A stretch of DNA of 64,000 nt from Candidatus Nanoarchaeia archaeon (GTDB lineage: Archaea > Nanobdellota > Nanobdellia > Pacearchaeales > GW2011-AR1), in the NCBI GenBank assembly GCA_028711165.1, contig JAQTST010000001.1:149872-213871 (forward strand). Reading direction: 5' to 3'. Each line of letters opens with the position of its first letter. The stretch's first letter is position 1. Made by a program: the position numbers and the translations under genes. This document shows, in pieces, positions 62,515 to 64,000 of this stretch. The notes under the pieces are model-generated. The model saw only the letters and a program-made list of their open reading frames with translations. It ran no database searches and was not told the DNA's origin.

Positions 62515-63603
62515 ATGGTATTAGATTTTGCAAAAGAAGCGATTGATAACGCAAGCACGCACAGCATTAACTTCGACGAATTGAGAGCTGGAAAAGCAAA
62601 CATCAAAGTTGTCGGGGTTGGGGGCTGCGGGTGTAACATGGTTACTTGGCTTTTCAACAAAGGAATCAGCGGTGCTACTGTTTATGCTACTAACACAGAC
62701 GCTCTTCACCTTAGTGTTTCCAAATCCGACGAGAAAATTCTTATAGGGAAAGAATTGACAAGAGGACTTGGATGCGGTGGTATGCCTCAGAGAGGAAGAG
62801 AAGCTGCTAAAGAAGCTTTAGCTGAATTGAAAAAAGCTGTAGGAAGTGCAGATATGGTCTTTGTCCTTGCTGGAATGGGCGGGGGAACAGGAACAGGAGC
62901 AGCACCAGTTATTTCTCAAATTGCTAAAGAATCCGGAGCTGTAGTTATAGGGGTTGTCACAATGCCTTTCGAATCAGAGAGAGCAAGAATTGACAAAGCA
63001 GAATTCGGGTTGCAGGAATTGAGAGAAGTTACAGACACAACAATTGTTCTTGACAATAACAGACTTGTAGACATTGCAGGACAGCTGCCAATTGAACAGG
63101 CATTTGCTGTTGCTAATGAACTTGTCAGTACAATGGTTAAAGGTATTGTTGAAACAATTACATTGCCAAGCTTGATTAATCTCGACTATGCAGACGTTTC
63201 AGCTATCATGAAAGATGGCGGTGTTGCTGTTATCGGAATTGGAGAGGCAGACACACAGAATAAAGTTATGGAATCTGTTCAGCAGGCTCTTACACATCCT
63301 CTACTTGACGTGGATTACAAGGGAGCTACTGGAGCTTTGATACACGTAACCTGCGGGCCTGACTTGAAATTAGAAGAATTTGACTTGATTGGCAGAGTTG
63401 TTTCTGAAAACTTGAATCCAGAAGCTAACGTAATTATTGGAGCAAGAATCAGCAAAGAATTCACAGGAAAAGTCAGAGTGATAACAATAATGACTGGAGT
63501 CAAATCTCCATATGTTCTTGGAAGAGACATTGAAGAAAGTTCTTCATCATCAAGAGCACCTTCAAAAGAAATGTCTGATTTAGGAATAGAAGTCTGGAGA
63601 TAA
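62515..63603 (+). CDS. ftsZ: cell division GTPase FtsZ
   Basis: GVGGCGCNMV, GMGGGTGTGAAPV tubulin signature, NTDALHL. AAAGGAGGAAT ribosome-binding site upstream. Confidence 0.95.
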   Translation: MVLDFAKEAIDNASTHSINFDELRAGKANIKVVGVGGCGCNMVTWLFNKGISGATVYATNTDALHLSVSKSDEKILIGKELTRGLGCGGMPQRGREAAKEALAELKKAVGSADMVFVLAGMGGGTGTGAAPVISQIAKESGAVVIGVVTMPFESERARIDKAEFGLQELREVTDTTIVLDNNRLVDIAGQLPIEQAFAVANELVSTMVKGIVETITLPSLINLDYADVSAIMKDGGVAVIGIGEADTQNKVMESVQQALTHPLLDVDYKGATGALIHVTCGPDLKLEEFDLIGRVVSENLNPEANVIIGARISKEFTGKVRVITIMTGVKSPYVLGRDIEESSSSSRAPSKEMSDLGIEVWR

Positions 63604-63661
63604 GAACTAATTAAGAAAAAGGAATTTTTTATTTTATTTTTTCCTTTTTATTTTTTAAGAA

Positions 63662-64000
63662 TTATTTTGGTCTGAAATTTGAATCTAGTTCTACAGTTAA
63701 TTCCTTTTTAATACCTGCTTCAAGACATAAATCAACTAACCTTTTTCGTTTTTTATAATTAATAGGATTTACTGATACTAATTTTAAATAAAAATTTTCA
63801 TCTCCCTCTGGACTATAATATTTTGAACCCTTAAAAAAAACATAATCTCCATCCGGCATTATAAAATGATTAAACCAGCTTACAACAATTGAATCTCTGT
63901 CTCCTTTATCTTCTAATCCCCTATCTAAATAAAACCCCTTGTCTTTGGCTAATTCATCAACTTTTTTTGGTATCTCATAATATCCATCTTTATTTAAGTC
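63662..64000 (-). CDS. hypothetical protein, 5' end outside window
   Basis: The minus-strand frame of track ORF 63662-63859 stays open (47 further codons, no stop) up to the window edge. Confidence 0.5.
   Translation of the reverse strand, partial: DLNKDGYYEIPKKVDELAKDKGFYLDRGLEDKGDRDSIVVSWFNHFIMPDGDYVFFKGSKYYSPEGDENFYLKLVSVNPINYKKRKRLVDLCLEAGIKKELTVELDSNFRPK

Noticed and set aside
1-64000. Search for a diversity-generating retroelement, an integrase/transposase/casposase, CRISPR-cas, toxin-antitoxin pairs or rRNA genes.
   Set aside because: None of the translated ORFs shows reverse-transcriptase (YxDD), tyrosine-recombinase, DDE or Cas1 motifs that I can recognise, and no rRNA-like sequence is present. 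Absence is judged by eye only.

Overview
An AT-rich (about one-third G+C by eye), tightly packed archaeal chromosome segment. All calls rest on motifs recognised by eye, because no homology search was possible. The gene content is mainly information processing: TFB, TFE, SRP54, FtsY, ribosomal proteins S3Ae/L44e/S8e/S17e, an Sm protein, a GINS subunit, EndA, RNase Z, Taw3, deoxyhypusine synthase, GatD/GatE, seven aminoacyl-tRNA synthetases and FtsZ. Together with many small membrane or secreted proteins and almost no metabolism, this fits a small-genome DPANN-type archaeon. LeuRS and AlaRS look bacterial-type. I support about 73 CDS (several shorter than the ORF-track cutoff, several with corrected starts) and 7 tRNAs, two of them with canonical-position introns. 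I found no rRNA, CRISPR array, reverse transcriptase, integrase or transposase.

The most unusual signal is non-coding: several families of short, GC-rich, structured repeats in an otherwise AT-rich sequence.
- Family B: 68-100 bp inserts sit immediately 3' of five of the seven tRNA genes. Each is bracketed by an exact duplication (9-22 bp) of that tRNA's own 3' end. The tRNA-Met locus carries four stacked copies plus a duplication of its 5' end.
- Family A: a ~60 bp hairpin element with a C-tract (G-quadruplex-type) core, four copies all in one orientation, one of them translated in frame inside bud32.
- Family C: a ~90 bp promoter-plus-leader module shared by tRNA-Leu and rps8e.
- Family D: a hairpin element that makes up the tRNA-Arg(UCG) intron and recurs intergenically with a compensatory stem change.

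Two gene termini (GINS 5' end, aspS 3' end) are duplicated at the protein level with only synonymous differences. A translationally coupled pair encoding a 614-aa and a 2340-aa secreted protein is the main candidate protein-level system.
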